Shown here piece by piece: positions 19,053 to 31,860 of a DNA stretch of 64,000 nt (its first letter is position 1; each line of letters opens with the position of its first letter). This DNA is from an uncultured SAR86 cluster bacterium (GTDB lineage Bacteria; Pseudomonadota; Gammaproteobacteria; Magnimaribacterales; D2472), in contig CALSSL010000001.1 of the NCBI GenBank assembly GCA_943789005.1, positions 192,511 through 256,510 of the forward strand, read 5' to 3'. The notes under the pieces are model-generated. The model did not search any database, was not told where the DNA came from, and saw only the letters and a program-made list of their open reading frames with translations. The position numbers and the translations under genes were made by a program.

Positions 19053-20960
19053 TTATAACTCTTCGGCAGCACCTTTTATCGATGTTTTTTTATTAGATTT
19101 AGGTTTAGTCTCATCATCAGACCACCCTTTTGGCTCTCTAGGCTCTGCGCCAGCCATGATGTCGTCTATCTGAGGCTGGTCAATTGTTTCGTATTTTAAT
19201 AAGGCATCAGCCATAACATTCAATTTATCTAGATTGGTTTTCAATAAATTTTCAGCTCTTTCATAACAAGAATCTATAATAGCCTTTATCTCCGAATCAA
19301 TTAATTTTGAGGTTTCTTCACTTCTGTGCTTAGTTGGAGCAGAAGCGGTTCTTCCCAAAAATGGACTGCCTTCATCTTCACCAAACTTTATAGTTCCTAG
19401 AGCTTCAGAGAAACCCCATTTTGTAACCATATTTGTAGCTATGCCTGTAGCCACCTCAATGTCATTTGATGCTCCAGTAGTGATTCCTTGATCTCCATTA
19501 ATAATGCTTTCAGCAATTCGTCCACCAAATAATGAAGTAATTCTTCCTAGTAAATATTCTTTACTTTGCATATAAGTGTCTTCTTCAGGAAGAAACATAG
19601 TTACTCCTAATGCTCTTCCTCTAGGAATAATTGTTACTTTGTAAACTGGATCATGAGTTGGGCAAAGCCTGCCAACGATAGCATGACCTGCTTCATGATA
19701 AGCAGTAATTCTTTTCTGCTCTTCACTTAATATCATAGACTTTCTTTCAGCTCCCATCATAATTTTATCTTTTGCTAGATCTAGATGATTTTGATCAATT
19801 TTCTTTTCAGAATACCTAGCAGCAAATAAAGCTGCTTCATTGATTAAATTAGCTAAGTCTGCGCCTGAAAAGCCGGGGGTGCCTCTAGCTAATACCATCG
19901 GGTCAACATCAGCATCAAGTGGAACTTTTCTCATATGAACTTTTAGTATTGCTTCCCTTCCACGAATGTCTGGGAGATCTACAACAACTTGTCTATCAAA
20001 CCTTCCTGGTCTTAATAGTGCTGGGTCTAATACATCGGGTCTGTTCGTGGCAGCTATTACAATGACACCATCATTGGCTTCAAATCCATCCATCTCTACA
20101 AGCAATTGATTAAGAGTTTGTTCTCTTTCATCATGGCCTCCGCCGAGACCTGCTCCTCTATGTCTTCCAACCGCATCTATTTCATCAATGAATACTATGC
20201 AGGGTGCCTGTTTTTTTGCTTGGTCAAACATATCTCTAACCCTTGATGCACCAACACCAACAAACATTTCAACAAAGTCGGAACCAGATATAGTAAAAAA
20301 AGGAACTTTTGCTTCTCCAGCTACCGCTCTGGCTAATAAGGTTTTGCCTGTACCTGGAGGACCTACCATTAAAATACCTCTTGGAATTTTTCCACCAAGT
20401 TTTTGAAATTTTGTTGGATCTCTTAAAAAGTCTACTAATTCTTGAACATCTTGTTTGGCTTCTTCGCATCCAGCTACATCTTTAAAAGTAGTTTTAACCT
20501 TTCCACCCTCCATTAGTTTAGCTTTGCTTTTTCCAAACGACATTGGGCCACCCTTTCCTGATATACCTCCTTGCATCTGTCTCATAAAGAAAAAGAAGAT
20601 TCCAAGCAATAAAATTATAGGGAATGCACCAACTAGTAGTTGTGACAAAATCGATGGTTGTTCAATTTTTTCATAAACAGCGATAATCCCATTATCTTGA
20701 ATAGCATTATCTACAACCTCATCCTTCTTAAAAATTGGGTGGGTAGTCTCAAATTTTGAGCCATCTAGGCGCTCACCGGTAATTGTCATTTGATCGCCCT
20801 TATAGACTACCTTAGCAACCCGATCAGATAATACCTCTTCTTTAAATTGGCTGTAGCTTATCTGCTCTCTTACTCCAGAATTTTCAATATTATTAAATAC
20901 GTAAATTAATACTGATCCTAGGACAAACCAAACCGCAAGATTTCTTAAAACACTGTTCAT
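19053..20960 (-). CDS. ftsH: ATP-dependent zinc metalloprotease FtsH
   Basis: [37 protein letters not shown]. Confidence 0.98.
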   Translation of the reverse strand: MNSVLRNLAVWFVLGSVLIYVFNNIENSGVREQISYSQFKEEVLSDRVAKVVYKGDQMTITGERLDGSKFETTHPIFKKDEVVDNAIQDNGIIAVYEKIEQPSILSQLLVGAFPIILLLGIFFFFMRQMQGGISGKGGPMSFGKSKAKLMEGGKVKTTFKDVAGCEEAKQDVQELVDFLRDPTKFQKLGGKIPRGILMVGPPGTGKTLLARAVAGEAKVPFFTISGSDFVEMFVGVGASRVRDMFDQAKKQAPCIVFIDEIDAVGRHRGAGLGGGHDEREQTLNQLLVEMDGFEANDGVIVIAATNRPDVLDPALLRPGRFDRQVVVDLPDIRGREAILKVHMRKVPLDADVDPMVLARGTPGFSGADLANLINEAALFAARYSEKKIDQNHLDLAKDKIMMGAERKSMILSEEQKRITAYHEAGHAIVGRLCPTHDPVYKVTIIPRGRALGVTMFLPEEDTYMQSKEYLLGRITSLFGGRIAESIINGDQGITTGASNDIEVATGIATNMVTKWGFSEALGTIKFGEDEGSPFLGRTASAPTKHRSEETSKLIDSEIKAIIDSCYERAENLLKTNLDKLNVMADALLKYETIDQPQIDDIMAGAEPREPKGWSDDETKPKSNKKTSIKGAAEEL

Positions 20961-21529
20961 TATTTATATGCTCCGTACAAATATATTTCACCTGATTGCT
21001 TTTTTGAAGCAGCAGGTTTAAAAGTTTGAACTATCTTGAAAGATAATTCCATTTTTTTTCGAAGATTCTTTAACATACTATTTTGGAAAGTCTTCATGAT
21101 AAATGAGCCATTGGATTTATCTAAATATTCTACAGCAGTGTTTAATGTTAAACAGTTAAGCTCATATATATTTTCAATATCTATAGCATTTATACCAGTT
21201 ATATTGGGGGCTATATCACTAATTACAAGACCAAAACTACCTTTTATATTATGTATTAGATCTATTTCATTGATTTGCTCAATGCTTTTAAGAAAAAAAT
21301 GCACTCCATCCAAGGGATTCATGTCTAATATATCTATTGCAAATATTTCTGATGAGGGTGATTTTTTTTTAATATACTGTGACCAGCCTCCAGGAGCAGA
21401 ACCTAAATCTAAAACGTTTTGTTTCTTTTTTAAAGCTTTGGTTTTTTGAATAATCTCATCAAGCTTATAAACAGCTCTTGTTCTATAACCTTCTTGTTTT
21501 GCTTTATTTGCCCAATTATCAGCATGCAT
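20960..21529 (-). CDS. rlmE: 23S rRNA (U2552) 2'-O-methyltransferase RlmE/FtsJ
   Basis: [30 protein letters not shown]; upstream of ftsH. Confidence 0.95.
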   Translation of the reverse strand: MHADNWANKAKQEGYRTRAVYKLDEIIQKTKALKKKQNVLDLGSAPGGWSQYIKKKSPSSEIFAIDILDMNPLDGVHFFLKSIEQINEIDLIHNIKGSFGLVISDIAPNITGINAIDIENIYELNCLTLNTAVEYLDKSNGSFIMKTFQNSMLKNLRKKMELSFKIVQTFKPAASKKQSGEIYLYGAYK

Positions 21530-22005
21530 TAGATATGCTTTACTTCTATAATCTCATAAGTAAGTTTCCCAGAAGGTGTATCGATTGTGACCTCATCATC
21601 CACAAATTTACCAACTAGCCCTTTAGCAATTGGGGTATCTATAGAAATTAATCCTTTTTCAGGATCTGATTCAAGGTTTCCAACAATCTTATATTTTAGT
21701 TCTTTGGAAGAGCTAACTTCATATAGCTTAATGGTAGAACCAAATACTACTCTTCCGGTTTCTGGTAAGTCTTTTACATCAATGACTTGAGCGTTTGCTA
21801 GAGCACTTTCTATTTCATTAATCTTGGCCTCCATGAGACCCTGTAACTCTTTAGCAGCATGATACTCAGCATTCTCTTTTAAATCTCCATGGGCTCTAGC
21901 CTCAGCTATGGCTTCAGAAATTTTTGGTCTTTCAACAAACTTTAGTTTTGAAAGTTCCTCTTTGATTGCAAGTTCACCTGCTTTTGTAATAGGAGTTCTA
22001 CTCAT
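21529..22005 (-). CDS. greA: Transcription elongation factor GreA
   Basis: [25 protein letters not shown]. Confidence 0.97.
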   Translation of the reverse strand: MSRTPITKAGELAIKEELSKLKFVERPKISEAIAEARAHGDLKENAEYHAAKELQGLMEAKINEIESALANAQVIDVKDLPETGRVVFGSTIKLYEVSSSKELKYKIVGNLESDPEKGLISIDTPIAKGLVGKFVDDEVTIDTPSGKLTYEIIEVKHI

Positions 22006-22034
22006 AGAACCATTATAGCAATTAAGATGGTTAG

Positions 22035-25000
22035 TTATGTATTTATTTCTTGGAGAGTTTTGTAGGTCCAGTCAGTTTCTTTGCTCTCTAAAGCTTGCAT
22101 TATTGCAAAGGCGCCAAACATGGTGGTGGTACAGAAGATCTTATTTTGCAAAGCTGTTCTTCTTATTGCTGCAGAATCTTTAATGGATTGCTTGCCCTCA
22201 GTCGTATTAATAACAAGATCAATTTCATTGTTCAAAAGGCTATCTACAGTGTGAGGTCTACCTTCATTAACTTTATTTATTCTTCGTACATCATAATTCA
22301 ATTCTTGGATATAGGATGCTGTTCCTCCGGTAGCGACTATATCAAAGCTTCTCTCTATGATAATTGGAACTAATTTATTTAAATATTTCTTATCGCTATC
22401 TTTTACACTTAAAAAAACAGTGCCGGATCTTGGAATATTTTTATTCGCTCCTTTTTGAGCCTTTGCATAAGCTTCACCAAAGTTTATACCTATACCCATG
22501 ACCTCTCCTGTAGATTTCATCTCAGGCCCCAGAATTGGGTCAACAAGTGGGAATTTATCAAACGGCATAACCGCTTCTTTAACAAAAAACAAACCTTTGG
22601 GTAATTTGCTACTAAACTTCTGATCATTTAGGGACTTACCTATCATTGCTTTTGAAGCAACTTTTACTAAAGAATTTCCAATAGCCTTTGAAATAAAAGG
22701 CACTGTTCTTGAGGCTCTTGGATTTACTTCAATAATATAAACATCATCATCCTTAACAGCAAATTGGATATTCATGAGACCAATGATGTCTAATTCTTTT
22801 GCTATTTTTATTGATTGTCTAGAAATTTTATCTTGTATCACGCTAGAAAGAGTGTAAGGGGGTAATGAACATGCTGAATCTCCTGAATGAATTCCTGCTT
22901 GCTCTATATGCTGAAGGATGCCACCTATTTTAATATTATCTCCATCAGATACAACATCAACATCTACTTCAATTGCATCAGTAAGATAACTATCTAACAG
23001 GATTGGTTTGCTATTTGAGACTTCTACAGCTTCTGTGAGGTATAACTCTAATTCATTTTTATTATGAACAAGTTGCATTGCTCTTCCGCCAAGAACATAT
23101 GAAGGTCTAACAACTATTGGGAAACCAATATTATCAGCAGCAATCATTGCTTCAGGAATATTTTTTACAGTAGCATTTGCTGGTTGCTTAAGGTCCAGTT
23201 TGATAATTAAATCTTGAAATCTCTCTCTATCCTCAGATCTATCTATTGCATCAACGTTTGTTCCAAGGATCTTTACGCCCTGCTCTGACAGTATATCTGC
23301 AAGCTTAAGAGGAGTTTGACCACCAAATTGAATTATTACTCCTTCTGGCTTCTCAATATCAATGATATCTAGAATTTTTTCTGAGGTTATTGGTTCAAAA
23401 TATAATCTATTAGAAACATCATAGTCTGTTGAAACAGTCTCAGGATTGCAATTAACCATTATTGATTCATAGCCCTCTTCTTGCATTGCCAAAGAAGCAT
23501 GAACACAGCAATAATCAAACTCTATACCTTGACCAATTCTATTTGGTCCACTTCCAAGAACAAGGATTTTTTTATTATTTGATGGATTGCTCTCACACAT
23601 ATCTCCATAAGTTGAATACATATAACAAGTTGAAGTAGAAAACTCAGCTGCACAAGTATCTACTCTTCTAAAAATAGGAAATACATCATGAGAAATCCTT
23701 AAGTTTCTAATATCAGTTTCATTTGATTGAGTAAGTTCTGCTAATCTTGAATCTGTAAAGCCTTTTTTCTTTAAGCTAAAAATATCATCTTTAGAAAATG
23801 TATTTAATTTCTTATTTTGTATATTTTTCTCAAGATCTATAATTTCTTTAATTTGATCTAGGAACCAGTAATCAATTTTTGTTAGCTGATGTATTTTTTC
23901 AAGACTCCATCCTGCCCTGATTGCGTCAGAAACATAAAATAGTCTTTTAGGGCCTGGAAAGGTTAATTCATATAATATTTCATCTTCATGATTTTCATAA
24001 GGAGCTTCTATAACTGAATTAAGTCCATTTAAATCTTCTTCCATGCTAGATAATGCTTTTTGAAGAGACTCTTGGAAATTTGATCCAATTGCCATAACCT
24101 CACCTACTGATTTCATTTGAGTGGTGAGCTTGGGATCTGCTTGGGGAAATTTTTCAAAAGCAAATTTTGGAATTTTTGTAACTATATAATCAATACTTGG
24201 TTCGAAAGAAGCTGGGGTTAATCCTCCAGTAATATCATTCTTAAGCTCATCAAGTGTATAACCAACAGATAGGAGTGCGGCAACCTTGGCTATTGGAAAC
24301 CCGGTTGCTTTAGATGCTAATGCAGATGACCTGCTAACTCTTGGATTCATCTCAATAACAACCATTTTTCCATTTTCAGGGTTTATTGCAAATTGAACAT
24401 TTGAACCACCTGTATCAACACCAATTTCTCTAAGGATTTTAAAAGAAGCATTTCTCATTACCTGATATTCTTTGTCTGTAAGAGTTTGAGCAGGTGCTAT
24501 AGTAATTGAATCTCCAGTATGAACTCCCATAGGATCAAGATTTTCTATAGAACAAACTATGATGCAGTTATCTTGGCAGTCTCTAACCACCTCCATCTCG
24601 AATTCCTTCCAGCCAATCAATGACTCATCAATTAAAAGCTCATTGGTGGGAGATAATTCAAGACCTTTTTTACATATAGCTTCAAATTCATCAATATTGT
24701 AAGCAATACCTCCGCCAGTTCCTCCCATTGTGAAAGACGGTCTAATAATGCATGGAAAACCAATGCGTTTTTGAACTTCAAATGCATCATCTATAGAATG
24801 GGCAATTCCTGAGTTTGGTGTTTCAATGCCAATTGCTTGCATAGTCTCATCAAAAAGCTGTCTGTCTTCAGCCTTATCAATAGCCTCTCTGTTTGCTCCA
24901 ATTAAAACAACTCCATGTTTTTTAAGAACTCCTTTTTTATCTAATGATAAGGCTGTATTTAATGCTGTCTGTCCTCCCATTGTGGGCAATATTGCATCAG

Positions 25001-25247
25001 GCTTCTCTTTTTCAATAATTTTTTTAACTGACTCCCAGTGAATAGGTTCAATATAAGTAGCATCTGCCATTAACGGATCTGTCATTATTGTCGCTGGATT
25101 AGAATTTACCAAAATAACTCTAAATCCTTCTTCTTTGAGAGCTTTACATGCCTGTGCGCCTGAATAATCAAACTCACACGCTTGACCAATAATTATTGGA
25201 CCAGCTCCAATAATCAATATTGAATTGATATCCTTACGTTTTGGCAT
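22035..25247 (-). CDS. carB: Carbamoyl-phosphate synthase large subunit
   Basis: MPKRKDI start at 25247, [10 protein letters not shown], two ATP-grasp domains, MGS-like C-terminus. Confidence 0.98.
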   Translation of the reverse strand: MPKRKDINSILIIGAGPIIIGQACEFDYSGAQACKALKEEGFRVILVNSNPATIMTDPLMADATYIEPIHWESVKKIIEKEKPDAILPTMGGQTALNTALSLDKKGVLKKHGVVLIGANREAIDKAEDRQLFDETMQAIGIETPNSGIAHSIDDAFEVQKRIGFPCIIRPSFTMGGTGGGIAYNIDEFEAICKKGLELSPTNELLIDESLIGWKEFEMEVVRDCQDNCIIVCSIENLDPMGVHTGDSITIAPAQTLTDKEYQVMRNASFKILREIGVDTGGSNVQFAINPENGKMVVIEMNPRVSRSSALASKATGFPIAKVAALLSVGYTLDELKNDITGGLTPASFEPSIDYIVTKIPKFAFEKFPQADPKLTTQMKSVGEVMAIGSNFQESLQKALSSMEEDLNGLNSVIEAPYENHEDEILYELTFPGPKRLFYVSDAIRAGWSLEKIHQLTKIDYWFLDQIKEIIDLEKNIQNKKLNTFSKDDIFSLKKKGFTDSRLAELTQSNETDIRNLRISHDVFPIFRRVDTCAAEFSTSTCYMYSTYGDMCESNPSNNKKILVLGSGPNRIGQGIEFDYCCVHASLAMQEEGYESIMVNCNPETVSTDYDVSNRLYFEPITSEKILDIIDIEKPEGVIIQFGGQTPLKLADILSEQGVKILGTNVDAIDRSEDRERFQDLIIKLDLKQPANATVKNIPEAMIAADNIGFPIVVRPSYVLGGRAMQLVHNKNELELYLTEAVEVSNSKPILLDSYLTDAIEVDVDVVSDGDNIKIGGILQHIEQAGIHSGDSACSLPPYTLSSVIQDKISRQSIKIAKELDIIGLMNIQFAVKDDDVYIIEVNPRASRTVPFISKAIGNSLVKVASKAMIGKSLNDQKFSSKLPKGLFFVKEAVMPFDKFPLVDPILGPEMKSTGEVMGIGINFGEAYAKAQKGANKNIPRSGTVFLSVKDSDKKYLNKLVPIIIERSFDIVATGGTASYIQELNYDVRRINKVNEGRPHTVDSLLNNEIDLVINTTEGKQSIKDSAAIRRTALQNKIFCTTTMFGAFAIMQALESKETDWTYKTLQEINT

Positions 25248-26355
25248 GCTCTTCCACCATAATTCTAAATTTATTAAATAGCGTCTGAATTTCTTGAGGT
25301 CCTGGACTTGCTTCTGGGTGCCCCTGGAAGCTAAATGCTGGTACATCATTAAATTCAATGCCCTGCAAAGAACCGTCAAATAGAGAAATATGTGATGGCG
25401 TTATGTTACTTGGCAAAGATTCTGAATCAACAGCAAAGCCGTGATTTTGGCTTGTTATAAAAACTTCTTTTGTGATTAGGTCTTGAACAGGATGATTTGC
25501 TCCATGGTGTCCAAATTTCATTTTATAAGTTTTTGCACCACCAGCAAGAGCTAGCAGTTGATGGCCTAGACAAATACCAAATATTGGAATTTTTAATTCT
25601 AAGAATTTTTTAATATTTTCAATAGCATACTTACAGGGTTCGGGATCTCCCGGACCATTTGAAAGGAAAATTCCATTTGGAGATAGCTTCAATACTTCCT
25701 TAAAAGGTGTTTCTGCATTTACAACATGAACGATTCCAACATGATCAGATAAAAGCCTAAGAATATTTGTCTTTATGCCAAAATCATATGCAACTATTGA
25801 TATGTTACTTTTAGAGATATTGTATTCAGGCCAAACTCCCTCGTTCCAAGCATAGTCTTTTTCAACACTAACAACTTTAGCTAAATCAAGACCTTTTAAT
25901 CCAGAAAAATCTTGCGCTCTTTTTATTGCTTCTTCTTCTGTAATTTGAGACAAAGAAGCTATGCAGCTTTTCATAGAGCCTTTGTCCCTAAGAAGAGATG
26001 TTAATTTTCTTGTATTAATACCTGAAATTGCTATAACTTTTTGTTCAATTAGAAATTCTTCAAGAGTCTTGGAAGATCTCCAATTACTTGGTTTTTTACA
26101 AAACTCACGTATAACGATTCCAGATGCATGAATTTGAGATGATTCATTATCATCATCGTTTATTCCAGTGTTTCCTATATGAGGATGAGTAAAAGTAATA
26201 ATTTGTTTTTTATATGAAGGATCGGTAATTATTTCTTGATATCCAGTCATTGAAGTATTAAAAACAATCTCACCCACCTCAATTTTTTCTTCACCATATC
26301 CATCTCCATAGAATATACTTCCGTCCTCAAGTGCTAATATGGCAGGAAACTGCAT
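25234..26355 (-). CDS. carA: Carbamoyl-phosphate synthase small subunit
   Basis: [36 protein letters not shown]. Confidence 0.98.
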   Translation of the reverse strand: MQFPAILALEDGSIFYGDGYGEEKIEVGEIVFNTSMTGYQEIITDPSYKKQIITFTHPHIGNTGINDDDNESSQIHASGIVIREFCKKPSNWRSSKTLEEFLIEQKVIAISGINTRKLTSLLRDKGSMKSCIASLSQITEEEAIKRAQDFSGLKGLDLAKVVSVEKDYAWNEGVWPEYNISKSNISIVAYDFGIKTNILRLLSDHVGIVHVVNAETPFKEVLKLSPNGIFLSNGPGDPEPCKYAIENIKKFLELKIPIFGICLGHQLLALAGGAKTYKMKFGHHGANHPVQDLITKEVFITSQNHGFAVDSESLPSNITPSHISLFDGSLQGIEFNDVPAFSFQGHPEASPGPQEIQTLFNKFRIMVEEHAKT

Positions 26356-26509
26356 CAGAAATAGCCTCTTATTAGAGAATTTTTAAAGAAATAGAAAGGG
26401 TTACTATTTAAAGAAATTTTGGTTTTTAATGAGCTAAAATATCGTGCTGGCATTAAAATTGTACTTTATAGACTTAGTTATCAACTGTCTATACTAAATG
26501 AAAAAAAAT

Positions 26510-27280
26510 ATGAAAATATCTATAAAAAATCAATCAGAAATTCAAAAAATGAGAATTGCAGGAAAACTTGCATCTGAAGTTTTGGAAATGATTGAGCCCT
26601 ACGTTGTTCCTGGGGTATCAACAGAAGAGCTGGACAGAAGATGTTATGAGCATATTGTGAATGTCCAAAAAGCTATTCCTGCAAATGTGGGCTACAGAGG
26701 TTTTGAAAAAACAATCTGCTCTAGCATTAATCAAGTTATATGTCATGGTATACCTGATATCAATAGAATTCTTAAAGAAGGGGATATCTTAAACATCGAT
26801 GTAACAGTCATAAAAGATGGATGGCATGGTGATACATCAAAAATGTATATGGTAGGCAAGTGCCAACCTCACAATCAAAGACTTATAAAGGTTACCCAAG
26901 AATGCCTTTACAAAGCCATAGAAGTCGTAAGACCTGGAGCCTATCTTGGTGACATAGGTCATGCAATTCAGCAGCATGCTGAATCAAACTATTATAGTGT
27001 TGTAGAAGATTATTGCGGTCATGGTATTGGCCATGTTTATCATGAGGAGCCTCAAATATTACACTATGGCAAACCTGGAAAAGGCCTAAAAATACTTGAA
27101 GGCATGTGTTTTACAATTGAGCCAATGATTAATCAAGGCTCAAAACATTGTAAAACCTTGTCAGACGGATGGACTGTAGAGACTAAAGATGGCAGAAATT
27201 CTGCACAATGGGAACATACTATAGCTGTTACATCAAATGGAGTAGAAGTTCTTACCAAAAGACATGAAGAGTCTATATGA
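26510..27280 (+). CDS. map: Methionine aminopeptidase type I (start 26498 or 26510)
   Basis: CHGIP, NIDVT, HGDTS, GHGIG...HEEP, AQWEHT. Confidence 0.97.
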   Translation: MKISIKNQSEIQKMRIAGKLASEVLEMIEPYVVPGVSTEELDRRCYEHIVNVQKAIPANVGYRGFEKTICSSINQVICHGIPDINRILKEGDILNIDVTVIKDGWHGDTSKMYMVGKCQPHNQRLIKVTQECLYKAIEVVRPGAYLGDIGHAIQQHAESNYYSVVEDYCGHGIGHVYHEEPQILHYGKPGKGLKILEGMCFTIEPMINQGSKHCKTLSDGWTVETKDGRNSAQWEHTIAVTSNGVEVLTKRHEESI

Positions 27281-29793
27281 CAAAAATTACTTCAAATATA
27301 AGTGAAAAATTTCTTAATAATTTTCCTGAGATATTCAACTCTCCTCAAAAAGTTAACTCCTATCTTCTAGATCATTCACAAAATGTTGAAAAAATTATTA
27401 TTAAAGATTTTTTTAACCTGAAGCTTGAAAATGATTTTGCAATTTATGCTAACGGTGGCTTTGGAAGACAAGAGCTTTATCCTTCATCTGATATAGATCT
27501 TTCGATTATTCAAAAGAATGAGAAAATTAAAGATTCTGGTAATTTAGAAAAATTTATTGCTAAATTGTGGGATTTAGGTTTTCAAGTTGGTCACTCAGTT
27601 AGAACCATTAAAGATATAAAAAAAATTGCCAAAGAAGATCCAAAAGAATTTACATCATATTTAACTAGAAGAGCTCTAATCACAGATAAGAAAACAGATG
27701 AAAATATTAATCTAGCTTTAAATAATATTTGGTCTAAGAAAAAGTTTTATAGAGTAAAACTTTCTGAGCAAGAAGAAAGGTACAAATCTTTTTTTTCAAC
27801 AGAATATAACCTTGAGCCAAATTTAAAAGAATCTCCGGGAGCTTTAAGAGACTTTCAAACATCATTATGGATTTTGCAACACTGTTTTAATCTTAAAAAT
27901 ATTAATGAAATAAAAAAATCTAAAGAATTTGGAAATGAAATCAAAGAAGCTCTCAATTCATACAACTTTGTAAAAGCAATGAGATACATTACAAATATTA
28001 TTTCTAATAGGAATAGACTTACCTTTGAGATTCAGGTAGAAATTGCAGATAAAGCTGGGCTTAAAGAAGGCACAATAAAAAGATCTGTTGAGAAATTAAT
28101 GCAAAAATTCTATGAAAATGCTTCAAACCTCTCAAATTTTAATAATTATGTTTTTGAGAAGTTTAAAGAACAAAATCAATTTGCAATTACAAAAAATCAT
28201 GGAGATTTTTTTGTAAGAGGTAATAAAATTGGACTTAAAAATAATATTAATCTTGCAAATAAAAGAGAGCTTTTATTTGATATTTTTATAGTAATTGGAG
28301 CAAGTAAAAAAATTAATGCAATAGAAACTTCAACGATGTCTCTTTTAAAAAATAATCTGAACTTGATAAATACTGAGTTTAGGGATGACCTTAAATACTC
28401 ATCAAAATTTCTTAAAATTTTAAAATCACAATACAACCTTTCTTCTATTTTAAAATCTATGAAGAGTATTGGCATAATTCAAAAATATATACCAGAGTTT
28501 GAAGAAGTTGTTGGCCAGATGCAATTTGATTTATTTCATGTTTATACAGTAGATGAGCATACATTTAAAGTCGTTAGAAATATGCGGCAAATGCATATTC
28601 ATTATTCAGAAGAGTTCAAGCTTGAACATGAATTAATCAACAAGCTACCCAAAATAGAGATTCTTTATTTGGCCGGTCTTTTTCATGACTTAGGTAAAGG
28701 TAAAGGCGGGGACCACTCAAAAATTGGAGCCAAGACAAGCCTTCAATTTGCAAAAAAAATAGGCCTTTCAAGGGCTGATGCAGATCTTATCTCATGGCTT
28801 GTGTTAAATCATCTTGAAATGTCATCAATTTCTCAAAAAAAAGATATATCTGATCCAGATACCATTAATACCTTTTCAGAACTTGTCATAACCACTGAAA
28901 GACTTGATTATCTTTATCTTTTAACAATTAATGATATCAGGGCAACAAATCCTGCTCTATGGAATGGTTGGAAACATGGACTTTTAAGAGATTTATTTTT
29001 ATTAACAAGGTCAAAACTTAACAAAGAGCCTATTAAAACCATAAAAGAAATTTCTAAAGATAGAAAAATTAATTTAGTTAAAAACTATACAGATTTTAAT
29101 GAAAAAAAAGAGATTCAAAATTATTTGAAATTATTTGATGATGCATATTTTTCAAAGAATAATTTAGAAAGATTAAGCTGGCAAAGTGATCTTATTCTTA
29201 AAGCAGCAAAGAGCTCTTCAGTAATTGGCTGCAGAAAATGTTTTGGAAACTTATTAGAGATTTTTATTAAAACAGATAATTTTGATGGGTTATTTTTAAA
29301 ACTAGTAGAAGTCTTAGAGATTTCAGGGCTTGAAATAATAGATGCAAACATATCAACAAGCTCAAATAAAGCTATAGCGGCAAATACATTTATTGCTAAG
29401 TTTTCTCACCACGATAGAGCTCTTAGCAAATCTGAAGTTAAAGACCTTCAATTAAAAATTAATAACAATTTCCATAACTTTTCTAAACAAAAGAAAAAAG
29501 TTCATAAAAAAAAGAAAGGCATCAATACTTTTAATAAAAATATTAATATTACAAATATTGAAGAGACATCAAAAAAAAGGAACTTTTTAACAATTGAAAC
29601 CTCAGATAGTCCAGGGTTGCTTATTAAAATTGCGAAGATTCTTCACGAAAATGGAACCTCTATTTATTCAGCAAGAATTAATACTCTTGGAGATAGAGTG
29701 GAAGATACATTCGAAATTGAGGATATGACACTCTCTTCTGTTTCTAAGAATAAAATTGAAAAAATAAGTAATAGTCTCAAAGAAACCATATAA
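27277..29793 (+). CDS. glnD: PII uridylyltransferase/uridylyl-removing enzyme
   Basis: GGFGRQELYPSSDID nucleotidyltransferase motif, NLKESPGALRD, HVYTVDEH...FHDLGKG HD domain, two ACT domains. Confidence 0.96.
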   Translation: MTKITSNISEKFLNNFPEIFNSPQKVNSYLLDHSQNVEKIIIKDFFNLKLENDFAIYANGGFGRQELYPSSDIDLSIIQKNEKIKDSGNLEKFIAKLWDLGFQVGHSVRTIKDIKKIAKEDPKEFTSYLTRRALITDKKTDENINLALNNIWSKKKFYRVKLSEQEERYKSFFSTEYNLEPNLKESPGALRDFQTSLWILQHCFNLKNINEIKKSKEFGNEIKEALNSYNFVKAMRYITNIISNRNRLTFEIQVEIADKAGLKEGTIKRSVEKLMQKFYENASNLSNFNNYVFEKFKEQNQFAITKNHGDFFVRGNKIGLKNNINLANKRELLFDIFIVIGASKKINAIETSTMSLLKNNLNLINTEFRDDLKYSSKFLKILKSQYNLSSILKSMKSIGIIQKYIPEFEEVVGQMQFDLFHVYTVDEHTFKVVRNMRQMHIHYSEEFKLEHELINKLPKIEILYLAGLFHDLGKGKGGDHSKIGAKTSLQFAKKIGLSRADADLISWLVLNHLEMSSISQKKDISDPDTINTFSELVITTERLDYLYLLTINDIRATNPALWNGWKHGLLRDLFLLTRSKLNKEPIKTIKEISKDRKINLVKNYTDFNEKKEIQNYLKLFDDAYFSKNNLERLSWQSDLILKAAKSSSVIGCRKCFGNLLEIFIKTDNFDGLFLKLVEVLEISGLEIIDANISTSSNKAIAANTFIAKFSHHDRALSKSEVKDLQLKINNNFHNFSKQKKKVHKKKKGINTFNKNINITNIEETSKKRNFLTIETSDSPGLLIKIAKILHENGTSIYSARINTLGDRVEDTFEIEDMTLSSVSKNKIEKISNSLKETI

Positions 29794-29822
29794 ATAAAAT
29801 TTATGTTCACTATAATATTCGC

Positions 29823-30737
29823 ATGAACATTAAAGCTATTGGTCTGATAAGCAAATCCGCTAATGGGGATATTCTTGATGTCTTCTTTCCTATCATTAAT
29901 TTCAATGGAGAAAAAACTGAAATAGAAAATTTAGATAATATCGAAACAAATAAAGAAATTATAAAATTATCTTGGAATCAGGATAATCTTGATGAGCCTG
30001 TAGATGGAGTTGTTTCTGCCTATCTAAAGCTTCATTTACTATCCTATAAATTTGTTAAGCCTAATTCAATAAACCTTGATGGGCTTTTTCGCTCCCTGCC
30101 AAATATTGCATGGACCAATCAGGGGCCTGTTTCTCTAGATGAGATTGATGGAAAATTATTAGAATCAAAAACTAGTTCTAATAATTTGTACATAAGGTCA
30201 TTAGATAAGTTTCCATGCCTTACAGATTACATTATTCCAAAAAACGTGAGGATCGCAGATGCCTCGAGAGTAAGACTTGGAGCTTATTTGAGTCCTGGAA
30301 CGACTGTAATGCATGAGGGTTTTGTTAATTTTAATGCTGGTACTTTAGGCAAGGCAATGATTGAAGGAAGAATATCTGCTGGAGTTGTCATTGGAGATAA
30401 TTCTGACTTGGGCGGGGGTTGTAGCACTATGGGCACGCTGTCTGGTGGCAATAACATAAAAATTTCTGTTGGAAAAAACTGTCTACTTGGAGCAAACTCA
30501 GGGATTGGAATACCCTTAGGCGATAACTGCACTGTTGAAGCAGGTTTGTACATAACTAGTGGAACAAAAATTCAACTTCATGATATTGAAGGAAATCCTT
30601 CGATGATTAAAAAAGGATTAGAACTGGCCAATTCTTCTGATTTAGTTTTCCTTAGAAACTCCATAAATGGAATGGTTATTGCAAAGCCAAATAAGAAATC
30701 AATACAATTAAATTCACAACTACATACAAATGATTGA
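29823..30737 (+). CDS. dapD: Tetrahydrodipicolinate N-succinyltransferase (Pseudomonas/actinobacterial type)
   Basis: YLKLHLLS, DKFP, VRIADASRVRLGAYL, EGRISAGV hexapeptide region. Confidence 0.95.
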   Translation: MNIKAIGLISKSANGDILDVFFPIINFNGEKTEIENLDNIETNKEIIKLSWNQDNLDEPVDGVVSAYLKLHLLSYKFVKPNSINLDGLFRSLPNIAWTNQGPVSLDEIDGKLLESKTSSNNLYIRSLDKFPCLTDYIIPKNVRIADASRVRLGAYLSPGTTVMHEGFVNFNAGTLGKAMIEGRISAGVVIGDNSDLGGGCSTMGTLSGGNNIKISVGKNCLLGANSGIGIPLGDNCTVEAGLYITSGTKIQLHDIEGNPSMIKKGLELANSSDLVFLRNSINGMVIAKPNKKSIQLNSQLHTND

Positions 30738-31860
30738 ATTCCTTCAAAAACTTATAAAAATTCAGTCTTTATCACCAAGAGACGAGGGTTGTTTTGATTT
30801 AATTGAAGAAAGATTGGTCAAGCTAGATTTTAAATGCGAAAGAATTAATTATGCTAATGTAGAGAATCTTTATGCTGCCTATGGAAACAAAGGTAAACTC
30901 TTTTGCTTTCTTGGGCACACTGATGTAGTGCCTACTGGCCCAGAAGAAAAATGGACTTACCCTCCTTTCTCAGCCCAGATTGATGGCGATTTATTATATG
31001 GCAGAGGTACAGCTGATATGAAAGCATCTATCGCTGCTTTCCTTGAGTCTCTTGAAGAGTTTTTTGCTACCAGTCCAGAGCTAAATTACAGAATTGCTAT
31101 ATTACTTACATCAAATGAAGAAGGTGATGCGGTAGATGGTTTTATAGATAAGCTAGTTGACGACATGATTGATAATGATGAAAAAATTGATTTATGTCTT
31201 GTCGGAGAGCCTACCTCTTATGAAAAGATCGGAGATAGTGTCAGAATTGGAAGAAGAGGATCATTAGGGGGTTCTCTTAAAATAATTGGGAAACAGGGAC
31301 ACATTGCTTATCCAGAAAATGTAGATAATCCAATATTCTCTGCTAGTGATGTAATTGTAAAATTAAAAAATACTATCTGGGACAACGGAAATGCAATTTT
31401 TCAGCCTACAAGCTTCCAAATATCAAATATTCATTCAGGAACTGGAGCAAAAAATGTTGTACCAGGAGATTTGGATATGTTTTTTAATTTTAGATATTCA
31501 ACCGAGTCAACTAAAGAAACTTTAATTAATGAGTTTGAATCTATATTAAATGAGCTGAATATTAATTATGAAATTGACTGGAAATTATCTGGATTACCTT
31601 ATTTAACTAAAGAAGATAATCTAAAGGATGTCGTGGTTCAATCAATTCAAGATGTAACTGGATATACTCCCGACCTTAATGCTAAAGGTGGTACTTCTGA
31701 TGGGCGTTTTATTGCAAAAATGGGAACTGAGATTGTTGAGTTAGGGCCACTAAATGAAACAATTCATCAAATTGATGAGCACATAAAAATATCTGAACTA
31801 TGGACTTTAAAGGATATCTATAAAGATATCCTTAAAGGTTTAAATTCAAAATTATCTTAA
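30730..31860 (+). CDS. dapE: Succinyl-diaminopimelate desuccinylase
   Basis: GHTDVVP, GRGTADMK, EEGD, GEP, GRRGS, GGTSDGRF, IHQIDE. Confidence 0.96.
   Translation: MIEFLQKLIKIQSLSPRDEGCFDLIEERLVKLDFKCERINYANVENLYAAYGNKGKLFCFLGHTDVVPTGPEEKWTYPPFSAQIDGDLLYGRGTADMKASIAAFLESLEEFFATSPELNYRIAILLTSNEEGDAVDGFIDKLVDDMIDNDEKIDLCLVGEPTSYEKIGDSVRIGRRGSLGGSLKIIGKQGHIAYPENVDNPIFSASDVIVKLKNTIWDNGNAIFQPTSFQISNIHSGTGAKNVVPGDLDMFFNFRYSTESTKETLINEFESILNELNINYEIDWKLSGLPYLTKEDNLKDVVVQSIQDVTGYTPDLNAKGGTSDGRFIAKMGTEIVELGPLNETIHQIDEHIKISELWTLKDIYKDILKGLNSKLS

Noticed and set aside
25248-25379. Apparent 44-aa N-terminal extension of CarB
   Set aside because: It is an open frame inside the carA 3' end; the conserved start MPKRKDI is at 25247.
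26382-26417. Direct repeat TTTAAAGAAAT x2 upstream of carA as an ArgR/PurR/PepA site
   Set aside because: Low-complexity AT sequence that does not match ARG or PUR box consensus.
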